Positions 20,889-33,271 are shown, counted from the first letter of the whole stretch. The stretch: DNA of 63,125 bases, filler included, from Stramenopiles sp. TOSAG23-3 (GCA_900128585.1; 6 parts of 6 records of this genome joined end to end with filler, not necessarily neighbours in it); one strand, 5' to 3'. Program-made: numbers and translations. The notes: a model not told the origin generated them from the sequence alone.

Positions 20889-23800
20889 TTATTCCTTTTT
20901 CTTTGTTGAACCAAATACGGATTCGACGATGTGGCTTTCCTTCAAGCTGGCACTGGCCCCCATGGCGTCTGCTAGCTGTGCCCCAAAACCATTCGTAGCC
21001 GAGAGTGCTTTTATCCCAGCTGCAGCCTTTTCCAAATTGTTTTCTTCCAATTCCATCTGGTGACTTTTGTCTGCCATTAATTCCTGCGTAAAACTACCCG
21101 ACCGTTTCTTAAAGGCTTCGGGCCCCAGAGATTCGCTGACAAGCGCCAGGTCATACAACCGTTCGAAATAATTCTTCAGGGTTTTGGTGACCGGCAGCAG
21201 CGGCAACATGTCTCGGGCCTTGATCGACAAATCCTTCCCGATTGCGATGACTCGCTTGCCTTCTTCTAAACTTTCTTCAAGGGTTGCAATGCGCTGTAAA
21301 ATTTCACGAGACAAGGACGCGCCTTGGGTGTAATACGGCTTTACGTTGTGGTGGCCGTTCGATCGGTACTCCAAAATGGATGTCAACATTTCTTCTGCCT
21401 TTTGAACCATCTCCTCTCCGTTGCACACCAATATCTGACCCTTGGCAAGCTGCATTTCCCCCTCGTCAACATTGTCATACATCCGTATAAGGCCACGAGA
21501 AAGAGCTTCGAAGTACCACACGCCGAGGGCGGTGCAGTTGGCCTGGAAGCAGGTCGGGACAAAATGCTTGTTCCCGGTTGCTCGGACTTTTCGAGTGAAC
21601 TTCTTTGCCCGTTCGAAGGACTCGAGCAGATCGCAAGAACGCATCCGGAGCAACGTGGCGAACTGAGCTTCCTCCATGGGATTGTTGCTGGCATCGGTTT
21701 GGGCCCCGGTTTTAACCCAGCAGTGGGAAAACACACACGAATCGTTGGGGTACCGAACAAGTGCGCCCAGGGAAGAGATCCCACCAATTTGCTGCTGCCC
21801 GTACACCCCTATAATTTCGCCAGGATCAATAGAACGACTGAAGTCAACGGAAAGGCTGTGAACACGACCCGTAGCGTAGCTGCCATACCACGGCGACTTT
21901 CGCCCCAAGTTCGTCACGAACCTGATGCGACCAACAATCTTCTCTGCGTCGACGTCTATCTTGACAATGCCCTCCTTTTTCTCGTGGTCGAGCAGAAACG
22001 ACTTCTTCGTGCCCTTGCTGTTGCCGTTCACGGGCAGCTCAACTTCAGGCCCCTTCCCATCTCTGACACAAAAGCCGACCCCAACGACCCAGTCTTCCAC
22101 GTAGACGTCCACCCGCGTTGTTGCGCAAGTGCTTCTCAATTTTTCCATGTCTGAAAAGCTGTTGCCTTGCGGTCGGGCGTTCTTCAAAACGTCTGTGCTC
22201 AGCGGACCCTTTTCCAGAAGGTACGTGACACGGCCTCTGTTTTGAAACTCTAAAAACAGCATTCTCTTCTCCAGCTTTATCCGCTGCCGAATTTCAGCCT
22301 CCCACCTCGCTTCGAACTTTTTGTAAGAATCCTGTTTCCTTGAGTTTAGCTTCAGTTTATACGTGATGTACTGGTGCTTCTTTCGGGTCCATCGACTTGA
22401 CAGCCCGCGATAAAATGCATAGAAACGATTTCGCCACGAGTCGATATCGACCGCCAGGCGCTTCAGAGCAAACCTTTCTTTCGATTTACGCGTGGAGATG
22501 GTGTACTTTCGTTTTAAAAGGCTTTGCAAAGATACAAAGCACGTCTGCAAGGTTTTGAGTCTTGACGTTTCTCGCTTAAGTTTGACCAAGCTTCGATACA
22601 CGGATTTCATTTGAACATATTCAAGCCATCTATAAAACACGGACCTTGGGTGCGTCATCAACATGGTGGGTGGAAGGGCAAACTTGCCATCGATGCAGCT
22701 GCTAAATTTGGAAAGGAGTCGACGCCTTCGCGTGACCTTCGGGCCTAGTCCAGGACTAGAAATTTGGAATCGTATTTGGACGTTCACCATCCATTTGTTA
22801 AAGAACGACCACCTCAGGCGCATGTTGTAGTACATGGGCATGCCGCGATCCAAATAACGCAGTCGTGAGCATATTCGCAGCCAATTTTTCAACCGATTCC
22901 GTTTGTACAACGCCAAAGAGTTCTTTTGGGTGACGAAGATTCTCATCCTTCGCAAGCAAGAAATGGCAAATTCACGGGTGTACTTTCGCTCGCATTTCAC
23001 CCAGCAGCGGTAAATGGTGTTGACAAGGATTTTCCCCCGCCTATTTCTAAGGTCTGTCATGTGACCGAACACGTCGCTCCGGTGCTGGAGGGATATCGCT
23101 TTTTTTTCTCGTTTGAGGTTTTCTTTTGCCATCAGACGCTCTCCGCTCGCTTCGTCGTCCAGCAAAAAGTTTATTGACCTAATCACGCGGCCCTCCCGTG
23201 CCCTGACTTTCTCTGTTTCAAAGCGCGCGGACACATGTTCGCCTTCTTTAAGAAGTTGCCGTCTAACGATCACGTCCTCGTCCCACTCTTCTTGCGCCTT
23301 TTTTATTCTCATTTCACGTCTCTTCTCCGCTTCAAAAAGTTTCCGCTGGCGCATTTCCCGTTCCCTCGCCTGTTCTGCCAGACGCTGCTCATCGTTCACT
23401 TCCATCGAACTGAACATTTCTTCGGCAATGTTGGTTGTCGTATCGCCGATGATGTCCTCGTGGCCAAGTGGAACATCTGGGCTTGGGGAGCGCTTCGTCG
23501 GATCGTTGGAATGCTCTGCCCCGTCCCACCCCTTGGGGTTCCGGATGTCTTTGCCGGAGAACAAGTCTGATCCAGGCGTGGCAGTAGCAGCAGTGACTGC
23601 TGCGACTTTGGACTTTGGACTTTTTTGCTTCGTCAACATTTTGTGCCTCGCTGCGACTCGTTTTGTTACGTTCCTGTGAAACACGTAAAAATACCGCTTG
23701 CGCAACATGTAAATGTAATGCATATAAGCATAGCGCTCTTTCTTACTCTCAAAGACGTACAGCCGCATGGCTTCGAAAAATACCCGGCCCACTCTCAGCG

Positions 23801-26063
23801 CGCAACAGCGGTTGATGGCCCTTTCCCGTACTTCGTACTGTTCAAACGAAGCCTTCATCACATCGCAAAAATCGGCGAGGCGGCCTTTCACTTTTGAGCT
23901 GATGCTGCCCCATTCCAGCACAGCGGATATACGGGGAAGTTCAGGCAACAAATCGGTCCACAGGGCAGCTTCCTGAAGTTTTTTCTCGTTCAAGCAAAAC
24001 GGGGACGCCCACCAACACCGTGTCCGGCTTCTGCACAACAGCTGGAGGTGTGCTCGGTAACGCCAGACGGCAAAACAAAAAATATTTCGGTTGATGTAAT
24101 TTGCTTTTGCAAATGCACGCCCCTTGTCCCTCCAATTCGTTAAAACGATGGCTTTGTGCGATGCCCATTCATGCCACAAGCCTACCATTCTGCGAGCCCG
24201 AAACACATCCATCTGTTTGTTCTTCCTTTCGTTTCGCAGTTTTCTCTCCTTCTTTTCTTTGTACCATCTCTTGTACGCCTTGAAGTGGACCAGCATCCAA
24301 TAGGAATTGAATATTCTGGCTGCATTCAAAGCTTTCTGGCGACTGTAAATGACCTCTTCTGTAGCCAACCTCCAAGTTCGAAATGGCCAGAAGCAAATTC
24401 GAAAGGTTGTTCTGTGTCTCTTCATTCGACCTGTGTACCGACGCCACTTGTACAGCTGTCTCCTGCAGCTGTAACGGACGTCAACAATTCTCCGCACGTA
24501 TTTTTTAAGCGCAACGAACAGGTTGCGCCTGGCTCTCTCTTCTCGTTGGACATAGTGCGACAGTGCACGCCTTAACTTTTCTCTTTTTCTGGCAAGAAAA
24601 CCTCTTGTCGAAGCCTGGACCATCACTGCTGCACAGTTGCTGGTGTAGTCAATGGATTTCTTCATCGCTTTGTCAAGGTTGTTCAATCTGTTCTCAGCAT
24701 CATCTTCCCCCGGGGGCCCTCCCTCGCCCGCCGCCGAGGCATCGTTTTGTTCGTACTTGATGAAACTTTTTGCAATTCGCGCGTGGTGCCGACTTGGGCT
24801 CTCCATCATTTCGTTTCCATTCCTATCGGCCGGTGTGTCTGCTGCATCAACTCCTTCGACGTCGCTGCCAGGATCGTCACCGCCGGACTCCTTGTCCGCA
24901 ATGTCTGCACGCAGCAATTTCTCGTCTGGCGCGCTTCCACTTGGTGGTCCCGGCTCGGTTGGATCAGTGAGTACTTCCTGGGAAAATTCTTTTGTTGCTT
25001 CTTCTCCACGAGTCTCCCCTACTACCACTATGGACCGACCTTCGTATTTACCAACTTTTAATGTATCGTCCAATGCATACGGCAACGCTTCGCCCTCCTC
25101 TTCGCCCTCCGATTTTTGTTCATCGGGATCGTTTTCTCGGCCCTGCTCCGATCTGGCCGTCTCGGGCATTACGTCTGGCTCGATTACTAAACCACTCTCG
25201 GACAAATGGCCAAAGTACTCCACAAATTCGTCGTACCTTATGGTGGCATCCTCGCGCTGGAACTTCCCTGGAAGGGCAAGCAGCAGCTCAATGACGGTTT
25301 TCCCTGATATATTACGGCAGTGTTTTTGCAACACCGCAAGAAAATCTTTCCAGACGTACACTCCGTCGACGTTTCTACGCAAAAAGTGCTCTTTGATTCG
25401 TTGCCAATGCCTGTGGACTTCCTTTCTGAATTCCTCGAATCCAATTTCTCGAAGCTGCGATAAATCTTCACGAAGTGACGAATCTAATTGAACGCTTTTT
25501 GGGAAAATCCCTTGACCCCCATGGTCCTTGGCAATGAGCGAAGCATGAGCTGCTCCGGACCTCAACAAAGCAGAAAATTGTTTTTTTGGAAACTTTGATT
25601 TGTTTTTGAAGGGCGCGGCCGTGGATGGGTTGGTGCCCACCGTGCGATCAGCCTGCCCCCCTGCCCCCCCCCCTTCGGCGCCGGGATCGCCCTCTACGCC
25701 GTCGCATACCGAACCGTCTATCGTTTCCCTTCTTGTGTTCTTTTCTGTGTTCAAAGGAGTCAGAACACCGTGGCGCACTCCAGGGTTTAACCCTCTCGCG
25801 CCCTTGAAGCTATTCTTCCGCCCGTGCTCATAGAAAGACGCGGATACCGGCCGGGTGGGGGAGTCGTCCCGTTTCCGTATGTCGTCTCTGCCGTAAAATT
25901 TTGAGAACAGCTGAGGGCTCCCAGTTGCACGATCGTTTGACAATTTGTACCATGGTTTCCCCCGGTACTCCGGGGTGTTTCCAGCGGCGCCTTTCTTCTC
26001 CCGAAGGCCTCGCTGCACCCGCTCAAAGCTGTCCACAACGCTAAAATCTCTGTAAAAAGCCAT
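20889..26063 (-). CDS. 1724-aa protein with an IQ motif, Sfi1-like Trp/Arg repeats and a C-terminal jacalin-like domain
   Basis: IQ-like VQASTRGFLARKR; many F..W(R/K) repeats; jacalin-like EGIVKIDVDAEKIVGRIRFVTNLGRKSPWYG...EIIGVYG...ISSLGAL. Confidence 0.65.
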   Translation of the reverse strand: MAFYRDFSVVDSFERVQRGLREKKGAAGNTPEYRGKPWYKLSNDRATGSPQLFSKFYGRDDIRKRDDSPTRPVSASFYEHGRKNSFKGARGLNPGVRHGVLTPLNTEKNTRRETIDGSVCDGVEGDPGAEGGGAGGQADRTVGTNPSTAAPFKNKSKFPKKQFSALLRSGAAHASLIAKDHGGQGIFPKSVQLDSSLREDLSQLREIGFEEFRKEVHRHWQRIKEHFLRRNVDGVYVWKDFLAVLQKHCRNISGKTVIELLLALPGKFQREDATIRYDEFVEYFGHLSESGLVIEPDVMPETARSEQGRENDPDEQKSEGEEEGEALPYALDDTLKVGKYEGRSIVVVGETRGEEATKEFSQEVLTDPTEPGPPSGSAPDEKLLRADIADKESGGDDPGSDVEGVDAADTPADRNGNEMMESPSRHHARIAKSFIKYEQNDASAAGEGGPPGEDDAENRLNNLDKAMKKSIDYTSNCAAVMVQASTRGFLARKREKLRRALSHYVQREERARRNLFVALKKYVRRIVDVRYSCRRQLYKWRRYTGRMKRHRTTFRICFWPFRTWRLATEEVIYSRQKALNAARIFNSYWMLVHFKAYKRWYKEKKERKLRNERKNKQMDVFRARRMVGLWHEWASHKAIVLTNWRDKGRAFAKANYINRNIFCFAVWRYRAHLQLLCRSRTRCWWASPFCLNEKKLQEAALWTDLLPELPRISAVLEWGSISSKVKGRLADFCDVMKASFEQYEVRERAINRCCALRVGRVFFEAMRLYVFESKKERYAYMHYIYMLRKRYFYVFHRNVTKRVAARHKMLTKQKSPKSKVAAVTAATATPGSDLFSGKDIRNPKGWDGAEHSNDPTKRSPSPDVPLGHEDIIGDTTTNIAEEMFSSMEVNDEQRLAEQAREREMRQRKLFEAEKRREMRIKKAQEEWDEDVIVRRQLLKEGEHVSARFETEKVRAREGRVIRSINFLLDDEASGERLMAKENLKREKKAISLQHRSDVFGHMTDLRNRRGKILVNTIYRCWVKCERKYTREFAISCLRRMRIFVTQKNSLALYKRNRLKNWLRICSRLRYLDRGMPMYYNMRLRWSFFNKWMVNVQIRFQISSPGLGPKVTRRRRLLSKFSSCIDGKFALPPTMLMTHPRSVFYRWLEYVQMKSVYRSLVKLKRETSRLKTLQTCFVSLQSLLKRKYTISTRKSKERFALKRLAVDIDSWRNRFYAFYRGLSSRWTRKKHQYITYKLKLNSRKQDSYKKFEARWEAEIRQRIKLEKRMLFLEFQNRGRVTYLLEKGPLSTDVLKNARPQGNSFSDMEKLRSTCATTRVDVYVEDWVVGVGFCVRDGKGPEVELPVNGNSKGTKKSFLLDHEKKEGIVKIDVDAEKIVGRIRFVTNLGRKSPWYGSYATGRVHSLSVDFSRSIDPGEIIGVYGQQQIGGISSLGALVRYPNDSCVFSHCWVKTGAQTDASNNPMEEAQFATLLRMRSCDLLESFERAKKFTRKVRATGNKHFVPTCFQANCTALGVWYFEALSRGLIRMYDNVDEGEMQLAKGQILVCNGEEMVQKAEEMLTSILEYRSNGHHNVKPYYTQGASLSREILQRIATLEESLEEGKRVIAIGKDLSIKARDMLPLLPVTKTLKNYFERLYDLALVSESLGPEAFKKRSGSFTQELMADKSHQMELEENNLEKAAAGIKALSATNGFGAQLADAMGASASLKESHIVESVFGSTKKKE

Positions 26064-26928
26064 CTATGGTTTACTCCATTCTATCAAGCAACGCAGAAGA
26101 ATTGTGTATATGGATGGGTTAAGCGTCTCTCTACAACGAATTGATCTTTGCGCACTGGGACTGAAAAGAAATTGGTGGAGAAAAAAAAGAAAGCTGACTG
26201 ACAAACTAATAAATGGAGAAAATATCATAAAAAAGAAGATCATTTTCCCTTCCTTCTTATTATTTAAGGCGGCGGGGGTGATATAGTACCAGGTAGTACT
26301 TGGTAGGTCGTCGGTTGACTTCGCCTTCTTTTCTTGTTGTTGAGGAGAAAGACAAAAAAATGGATGATGCGAGGAGCACAATTTTTAACATATGAATAGC
26401 AGGTAGAAAGAAAAAAAATTAGTAACCGTTGTGTTATTATTGCGCGCAATTATTATAATTTTTATAATTAGGAAAATATGGCCGCGTTTTTTTTCATTTG
26501 AACCTTTGAGATTTTGTTTAGTAGGTGTTTAGGCTTGTAAGTATCCCTTTTGTAAAAATACCAATATAAAATATTATAATAACATATGATATCTTTCTTA
26601 GTAGATAAAAGTTATGAAATAAAATAGATGTTCTTTTCCCCTTTTTTTCGAGTTTAGAATTACATACACATACCATCGAAATAATACCCACAATAATGAA
26701 ATAAGACTACACAGTGGGTCATACAAACATTCATTGCTTCTTTTTTTCTCTTCTCTCTTCTCCACTTCTCCTCCTCTTCTCATTATATACAACTACTACC
26801 AACTTTGTTGCAACCACGGCCGTCCACGCACAGCTAGACGTGGTCAAGTGGCCATGTGCGAAAAGAGGAAAGTTTGTAAAGAGTTTTGTAAAGGCAAAGA
26901 ACGATTCATTAACAAAAAGTATATTTAA

Positions 26929-27152
<224 letters not shown>

Positions 27153-27252
27153 NNNNNNNNNNNNNNNNNNNNNNNNNNNNNNNNNNNNNNNNNNNNTTAA
27201 TTAATTAANNNNNNNNNNNNNNNNNNNNNNNNNNNNNNNNNNNNNNNNNNNN
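27153..27252. other. Artificial contig linker N44-TTAATTAATTAA-N44
   Basis: All-frame stop linker; identical linkers at 54373-54472, 56563-56662, 58751-58850 and 60939-61038. Confidence 0.97.
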
Positions 27253-28429
27253 ATTAAGCAACTATTAACAAATAAAATATTAATTTTAATTATTTGTTTT
27301 ATAAGCATACAATAGTACTATGTAAACACAATCGACAATAAAACTATACATAAATAATAAACCTTATTATACTGTATAAGATAGCAATAGTATTACATAG
27401 AAGAAGTCGCTTTTTTATTGAAAAAACAAAAAAAAAGGGAAAACAACAACTGGAATAGAAAATAAGTGGACGTTTTCTTTTCTTTTTCTATATGTTATTC
27501 CTATACTATATATTACCTATCAATATATACATAAGTATACTGAAACGAAAGACGAGTAGAAAAGTGCGCGTAAACACATCTTTTCTTGTGGATTAAAAGG
27601 TAAATAGAAGGAAATGCCCTCAAAGCCATTCTTCGTAATATGGAAATAGAATGAAATGCGCTCAAAGCCACTCATTTTCAATTTTGAGCAAAAAAAGAGA
27701 AAAGGTTCAACTATACAATTTGATCAATAATTAAGGTATATATATAAATATAACAGTAACTTTAATATTATTATTATATATTATAATTAAATAGAATTAT
27801 ATAGACCTTAGTATATAAATTGAAGTCTATGAAACCGATGAAGGAAGACCATTCATAAAAAGTCCATCAAACTAATGTTGTTTTTAATTATATAAATATT
27901 CTATTCTATATAGTTACTAATACACTTGTTGTAGGAAGATTATTTTCTCAAATCCACAAATATTTTCTTTCTTCTATTTTCTTTTTTAGTTGAAACAATT
28001 CGATGCTATTGCCATGTAGTTTACTTTTTAGTTTCATTTCCATTACGTTTTTTTTTTACAGCTCAGTGCTATTGTTATGTATTTAAAATGTGGATCCAAA
28101 ACGAAAAGAAAGAATTTTGTGAATCTTTTTCTTCCCCTCCATTATTTTATTTCTATACTATGTAGCTGTTACATAATTAATGAATAAATTAAAATTCCAT
28201 AATTTTTTTTTACTTTAAAATACAAATACCACGGCAGAAGATGATGCATGTGCCTCGCCTATCTTTTTGCTTTCTTTCCTTCCTTCCCTCTTGCCGTTTC
28301 TACCGCCCCCGCACCGATCATTGGGGAAAAGATTATTATTGCCTCTAAAGTGTGCAACAATTCAATTTCAAACAGAAAGAAAAAACATTTATTACAAACG
28401 TCAATTCAAAACAAACTTCTACACGAAAC

Positions 28430-29773
28430 ATGGGTAAAGCAAAGCTTCACTGTAACTTGGTTGTTATCGGGCACGTCGATGCCGGTAAATCCACCACCAC
28501 CGGTCACTTGATCTACAAGTGCGGGGGTATCGACAAGCGTACCATCGAAAAGTTCGAGAAGGAATCCAGTGAAATGGGTAAATCCTCCTTTAAGTACGCC
28601 TGGGTTTTGGACAAACTCAAGGCCGAACGTGAACGTGGTATCACCATCGACATTGCCTTGTGGAAATTCGAAACCGACAAGTTCCACTTCACCATCATCG
28701 ATGCCCCAGGACACCGTGACTTTATCAAGAACATGATCACCGGTACCTCCCAGGCCGATGTTGCCATCCTTATCATCCCAGGTGACCAAGGTGGTTTCGA
28801 AGGTTCCTTCGCCAAGGACGGACAAACCCGCGAGCACAGTCTTCTTGCCTTCACCTTGGGTGTAAAGCAAATGATTGTTTGCGTAAACAAGATGGACGAC
28901 AAGACCGTCGCCTACAAGGAATCCCGCTTCAAGGAAATCAAGGACAATATGTTTGCCTTCCTGAAGACCGTTGGCTACAAGCCAAAGAAGATCCCCTTCA
29001 TCCCTATCTCCGGCTGGATGGGAGACAACATGTTGGAAAAATCCAAAAACATGCCATGGTACAAGGGTGACTGCTTGATCGACGCCTTGAACAAGGTTAT
29101 CCCACCAAAGCGCCCAACCGACAAGCCACTGCGCCTTCCACTCCAAGATGTCTACAAAATCGGCGGTATCGGGACTGTTCCCGTTGGACGTGTCGAGACC
29201 GGTACCTTGAAAGCAGGCATGAAGGTTGTCTTCGCCCCACCCATGGTTGAGACCGAGGTCAAATCCGTGGAAATGCACCACGAAACTTTGGAACAAGCCA
29301 TTCCAGGTGACAACGTTGGCTTTAACGTAAAGAACGTTTCCGTCAAGGAAGTTCGCCGTGGAAACGTTTGCGGTGACACCAAGAAGGACCCGCCCCAAAA
29401 CTGCAAGGACTTCCAAGCCCAGGTTATCATCACGAACCACCCAGGTAAAGTATGCGCCGGCTACGCCCCAGTTTTGGATTGCCACACTGCACACATTGCG
29501 TGCAAGTTCGTTGTCTTGGAATCAAAGATGGACCGTCGTTCCGGTAAAGTTTTGGAAGAAAACCCAAAATTCTTGAAAAAGGGTGATGCCGGTATCGTTC
29601 GTATGATCCCACAAAAGCCAATGTGCGTCGAAGCCTTCACCGACTACGCCCCTCTTGGCCGTTTCGCCGTTCGCGATATGCGCCAAACCGTTGCCGTTGG
29701 TGTTATCAAAGGCACCACCCGCGGTAAGGGTGCCTCCGAGTACGCACCAAAGGACAAGAAAAAGAAGAACTAA
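28430..29773 (+). CDS. EEF1A: Translation elongation factor 1-alpha
   Basis: [59 protein letters not shown] at 28430; strong codon bias. Confidence 0.99.
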   Translation: MGKAKLHCNLVVIGHVDAGKSTTTGHLIYKCGGIDKRTIEKFEKESSEMGKSSFKYAWVLDKLKAERERGITIDIALWKFETDKFHFTIIDAPGHRDFIKNMITGTSQADVAILIIPGDQGGFEGSFAKDGQTREHSLLAFTLGVKQMIVCVNKMDDKTVAYKESRFKEIKDNMFAFLKTVGYKPKKIPFIPISGWMGDNMLEKSKNMPWYKGDCLIDALNKVIPPKRPTDKPLRLPLQDVYKIGGIGTVPVGRVETGTLKAGMKVVFAPPMVETEVKSVEMHHETLEQAIPGDNVGFNVKNVSVKEVRRGNVCGDTKKDPPQNCKDFQAQVIITNHPGKVCAGYAPVLDCHTAHIACKFVVLESKMDRRSGKVLEENPKFLKKGDAGIVRMIPQKPMCVEAFTDYAPLGRFAVRDMRQTVAVGVIKGTTRGKGASEYAPKDKKKKN

Positions 29774-30153
29774 ATTTGTTTTTGCCACAATGTCCATCAC
29801 ATGGATCCTGCCTCCATGTCGATGGGCCTTGTGTTGAATGCCGGAGTAGTTTTGTCTTGCAATGTTTTGTGCGGTGGGAGGAAAAGTGGGGAGCTGGGTT
29901 TATGACTCGAGCTTTCCGACCTTGAAATGGTTCGACTTTTTGAGAATGACGGATGTTTGGAGGCGTTCACGCCCCTCTCAAGTTTACGTGCATTTCTGCC
30001 ACCTAATTTTATCACAGAATATTTTTCCTTTTAAATTTCAAAAAAAAATACGTGTGTTGTTTTACTCTACACTCGCGCTGTATCTTATGTTATTAATATG
30101 ATACCCGAGAAACAAATTTTAAAGAGCTACGAGGAGTTTCATATTAATACAAA

Positions 30154-32049
30154 TCAAGTTTGGCCAATGTAGCTTTCCGTCCGCGCGATCATCATCCTCT
30201 GCTGTTGGTCCCACAAGCTGTGCTGGGTCGAGTCATGACGCCCTTTGCCCTTGTTTCTCGGTTGTGGATGGCGTTGGGCACCCCCTTCTTTCTTCTCACC
30301 GGGGTTTACAACTGCGTGCAACATTGTCAGTAACTTTACGGCACTGCCCAGTATGGCATTCATTAGGTCGTTCGTGTCTTGCTGGCTTATCCCCAACTGC
30401 CTTTTCTGGATCACAGTCTTGAGAATCTGAAAGTTGTGACGCTTTGCCGCCGTGGTATAGTTGGCCTGGAACAACGACATCTGCACGTCCACAGGGTAGT
30501 ACCACTGCAGGATCTGCCCCAGCAAGTAACCATTGCTGAAGGTACGGTCCCAGTCGTCCGGGTGCCCCGCTTTTGTGATTTGCAGAGAGTTCAGCCACTC
30601 CACTGTGTTTCGCATTTTCAGCGACGGGTCAAGGATGGTGTGGGAGCCGTACTCGATGGTGGTCGGGACGTGCTTGCTCTCCCCACCCGGCCCTTGTTCG
30701 CAGAGGTAGTTCCCAACCTCGAGCCCGTCCGTGCCGAGGGTGGCCAGCGACTTTTCTGCGTCGCCCAGCAGCGCGTCCACCCGGCCCCATCCTTCCTCGT
30801 TCGGCAACGGCTTCCTAACGGAAGGGTTTCTCCAAGCAACGCTGTGCCCGGTTAAGTTTTTATGGGCCTCGGGTATTGGTGAAAACGGCCGATCGGCCGT
30901 TTGCACCCCAATGTCTCGCGTTTGCCGGTGGAAGTTGGACTCTGGGGCAGTGTATATTTCCGTGCCGTTCGCATTGAAGTGTACACTTAGCGTCGTCTGT
31001 TTCGGAAACATTTCCTCCATTGCCAGCTTGACTTTGTTGACAGTGCCGTGAGAGTACAGGTCAACCTTGGCATAGACGCCCAACCCTTTGAAGCAGCCGA
31101 CAAGCTGGTGCAGTTGGTCACGGAACTTGTTGAGCACGCCCCGTACCCGCACTTGCCCGTCCGCAGTTTTGTGCAGCGAGGACCGTCGGCTCAGGCGCTC
31201 TGCTCGCTTCTCCATGGGGCAATCAAAGTGGAGAACTCCGACGTTCTTGATTCGGCCTGTGAACGGGTTTGCGCCGCACCGGTGCGAGTTCGCAAAGGCT
31301 TTTCTGTTTGGCCCGAACCGGGCCGTCTCCCCGTGCACCAGAACCTTTTCAAGTTCCTGCAAACCACGGAGCTCTTCGCCAAATCCAGAAAGGAGAACCC
31401 TTGCGTTCCCGGAGTTGTTGTATATACACTGCGCCACAGATTTGTACAGCATGTTCAATTGGACTGGAAGCCCTTGCGCAATTTGGTGGAGCGCGTGCTT
31501 TACGTAGCTATCGTTGCAATGCACTAGCAGGTCTTCCAGGCTTAAGTAGTACCACCCCATGTGGTCGGCGATATCCCTTTCGATGCCAGGTGGGCCACCT
31601 GGCCCAACTATTGCTACCATGACTTTTGGAAAATCATAAAACTTGTATTCGCGCCGGTTTCGGTTGCCGTTATGGCGATGAAGTCGTTTCGAATTGAACC
31701 TATCGCGGACGTACTTTTCGTGGTTTTCCTCCAGTGGGCGCCGCCCGACTGCCACTTGGTTCGCGCGCAAGTTCGAAGCTGCTCCACCGGGCCGTCGCAG
31801 CTTTCGGTTCAACCTCTTCTGCTTTCTTGCAACGGCATCAGCCCTTTCAAACCGTGCCTCGCTTGTGGGGGAGCCCATGCGACTCTCCTCCCGGCTTTCT
31901 TGCCCACTTGCCCACCCCCACCCGGACACCCGAGTTCCTTGCGTCGTAGGACGGCTGGAAGCTCCTTCGTCGTTATCAGTGTACGGAGCTGAAGAAGTTT
32001 GGGACCCGGATTCAGACAACGGGGGAGTTGGGGCATAATGTCGAATCAT
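30154..32049 (-). CDS. Protein with a degenerate adenylate-kinase-like fold and a C-terminal Spef1-type calponin-homology domain (probably flagellar)
   Basis: AK-like VAIVGPGG...IADHMGWYYLSLEDLL...VLLSGF...VLHFDCP....ERLSRR; CH-like EWLNSL...FSNGYLLGQILQWYYP...AKRHNFQIL. Start taken at the first ATG. Confidence 0.65.
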   Translation of the reverse strand: MIRHYAPTPPLSESGSQTSSAPYTDNDEGASSRPTTQGTRVSGWGWASGQESREESRMGSPTSEARFERADAVARKQKRLNRKLRRPGGAASNLRANQVAVGRRPLEENHEKYVRDRFNSKRLHRHNGNRNRREYKFYDFPKVMVAIVGPGGPPGIERDIADHMGWYYLSLEDLLVHCNDSYVKHALHQIAQGLPVQLNMLYKSVAQCIYNNSGNARVLLSGFGEELRGLQELEKVLVHGETARFGPNRKAFANSHRCGANPFTGRIKNVGVLHFDCPMEKRAERLSRRSSLHKTADGQVRVRGVLNKFRDQLHQLVGCFKGLGVYAKVDLYSHGTVNKVKLAMEEMFPKQTTLSVHFNANGTEIYTAPESNFHRQTRDIGVQTADRPFSPIPEAHKNLTGHSVAWRNPSVRKPLPNEEGWGRVDALLGDAEKSLATLGTDGLEVGNYLCEQGPGGESKHVPTTIEYGSHTILDPSLKMRNTVEWLNSLQITKAGHPDDWDRTFSNGYLLGQILQWYYPVDVQMSLFQANYTTAAKRHNFQILKTVIQKRQLGISQQDTNDLMNAILGSAVKLLTMLHAVVNPGEKKEGGAQRHPQPRNKGKGRHDSTQHSLWDQQQRMMIARTESYIGQT

Positions 32050-32767
32050 GCTTCGTTGTTGTTTGTTGGAATACAATTTTAGTGGACCATTAGACGCGCC
32101 TGTATATGATAAGACACGGTGTGCTAAATACTAGCGGCTCTTGCAATTGGTAACTTTCTTATCTGGCTTCATTTGCGTTTCAGAAGTTTAATAATATCGA
32201 TTCATTAAAAATATATTATATATGGCTATATATTGGATTATGTGATAAAATATATTATAGATGGAATGATGATGTGGTGAGTGAGTTTAATAAATAATAA
32301 TAATAAAATTAATAATAATAATATAATAAGAACACCACTTCTTCTTCTTCTCTTCTTCTTTTTCTTCTAAGAAATTAATAATTATTTTTCATCATAATAA
32401 TAATAATATCACATCATCATCATCATCTTTTTTCTTCTTTCTTCTTCTTCTATTATCTTCTTCTTTCTTTCTTCTTTTCTTTCTTTTTTTTTTTCAAAAC
32501 GAAAGGAAAGTTCCATAGGTAATAATGAATTAGATTGTGTTACTCTTTTTTTTCCGAAAGCGAACAAAACTATATAAACAATAGATCCCGTAACATTTCT
32601 CATTTGTACAACATTTTTCGAAGCAGCACCGACCTTTTCTTTCAAACGAACCATTTATTTCCGAGCAGCAGCTGTGCAAAGCAAAAGACACTTGCAGATC
32701 CAGGTTTTGCATCAACCAACGCGAAAGACGACACCCTTGGAGTATTGCCGTTTGTCCCTTGACCACG

Positions 32768-33271
32768 ATGAAGAAGCGAAGCCCAGGACGACCAAAACCG
32801 AAACAAAAATTAGCGACTTCATCAAAAATTCCCACGCAGGTTCGGAAAAAATATACAGGCCTGTCGGCTAGGGAACGTTTTGCCTCCGGCTTACGCTCAG
32901 GGTTGCAGGAGACTGGAAAGTTTGAAAATAGGAAGAGAGGTAGCGAATCCTCAAACGGGAAAGCCGATGGCACACTGGTTCCTTACGCAAATAAGAAAGA
33001 CAATCACACCCATGATCGCCAGTGCAAAAAACCCCTTGAGAAAGACCTTAAAGAAAACCGTCGATTGGCCCGAGAACTAGCAAAGCTCCGATGTCAATAC
33101 CGGGCTGTGCGAGAAGAAACAAGAGCCTCTCAACTAAAGTTGCTACGAGTCAAGGCCCTTGCCAACAAGCGTCGGAATAAAGAAGAGAACAGCGGGGCGG
33201 GGGAAGAACTTAATCGTGGTTCAGATGAACGCACACAATCTGAAAACAATGGTTGCTTAAAACAAACGTAG
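32768..33271 (+). CDS. Hypothetical basic coiled-coil protein
   Basis: ORF of about 167 aa with coding-like composition between AT-rich spacers; no recognisable domain. Confidence 0.45.
   Translation: MKKRSPGRPKPKQKLATSSKIPTQVRKKYTGLSARERFASGLRSGLQETGKFENRKRGSESSNGKADGTLVPYANKKDNHTHDRQCKKPLEKDLKENRRLARELAKLRCQYRAVREETRASQLKLLRVKALANKRRNKEENSGAGEELNRGSDERTQSENNGCLKQT

Noticed and set aside
28406-29494. 362-aa antisense ORF over EF1A, and similar shadow ORFs over other long genes
   Set aside because: Explained by codon bias on the sense strand; no independent protein features.
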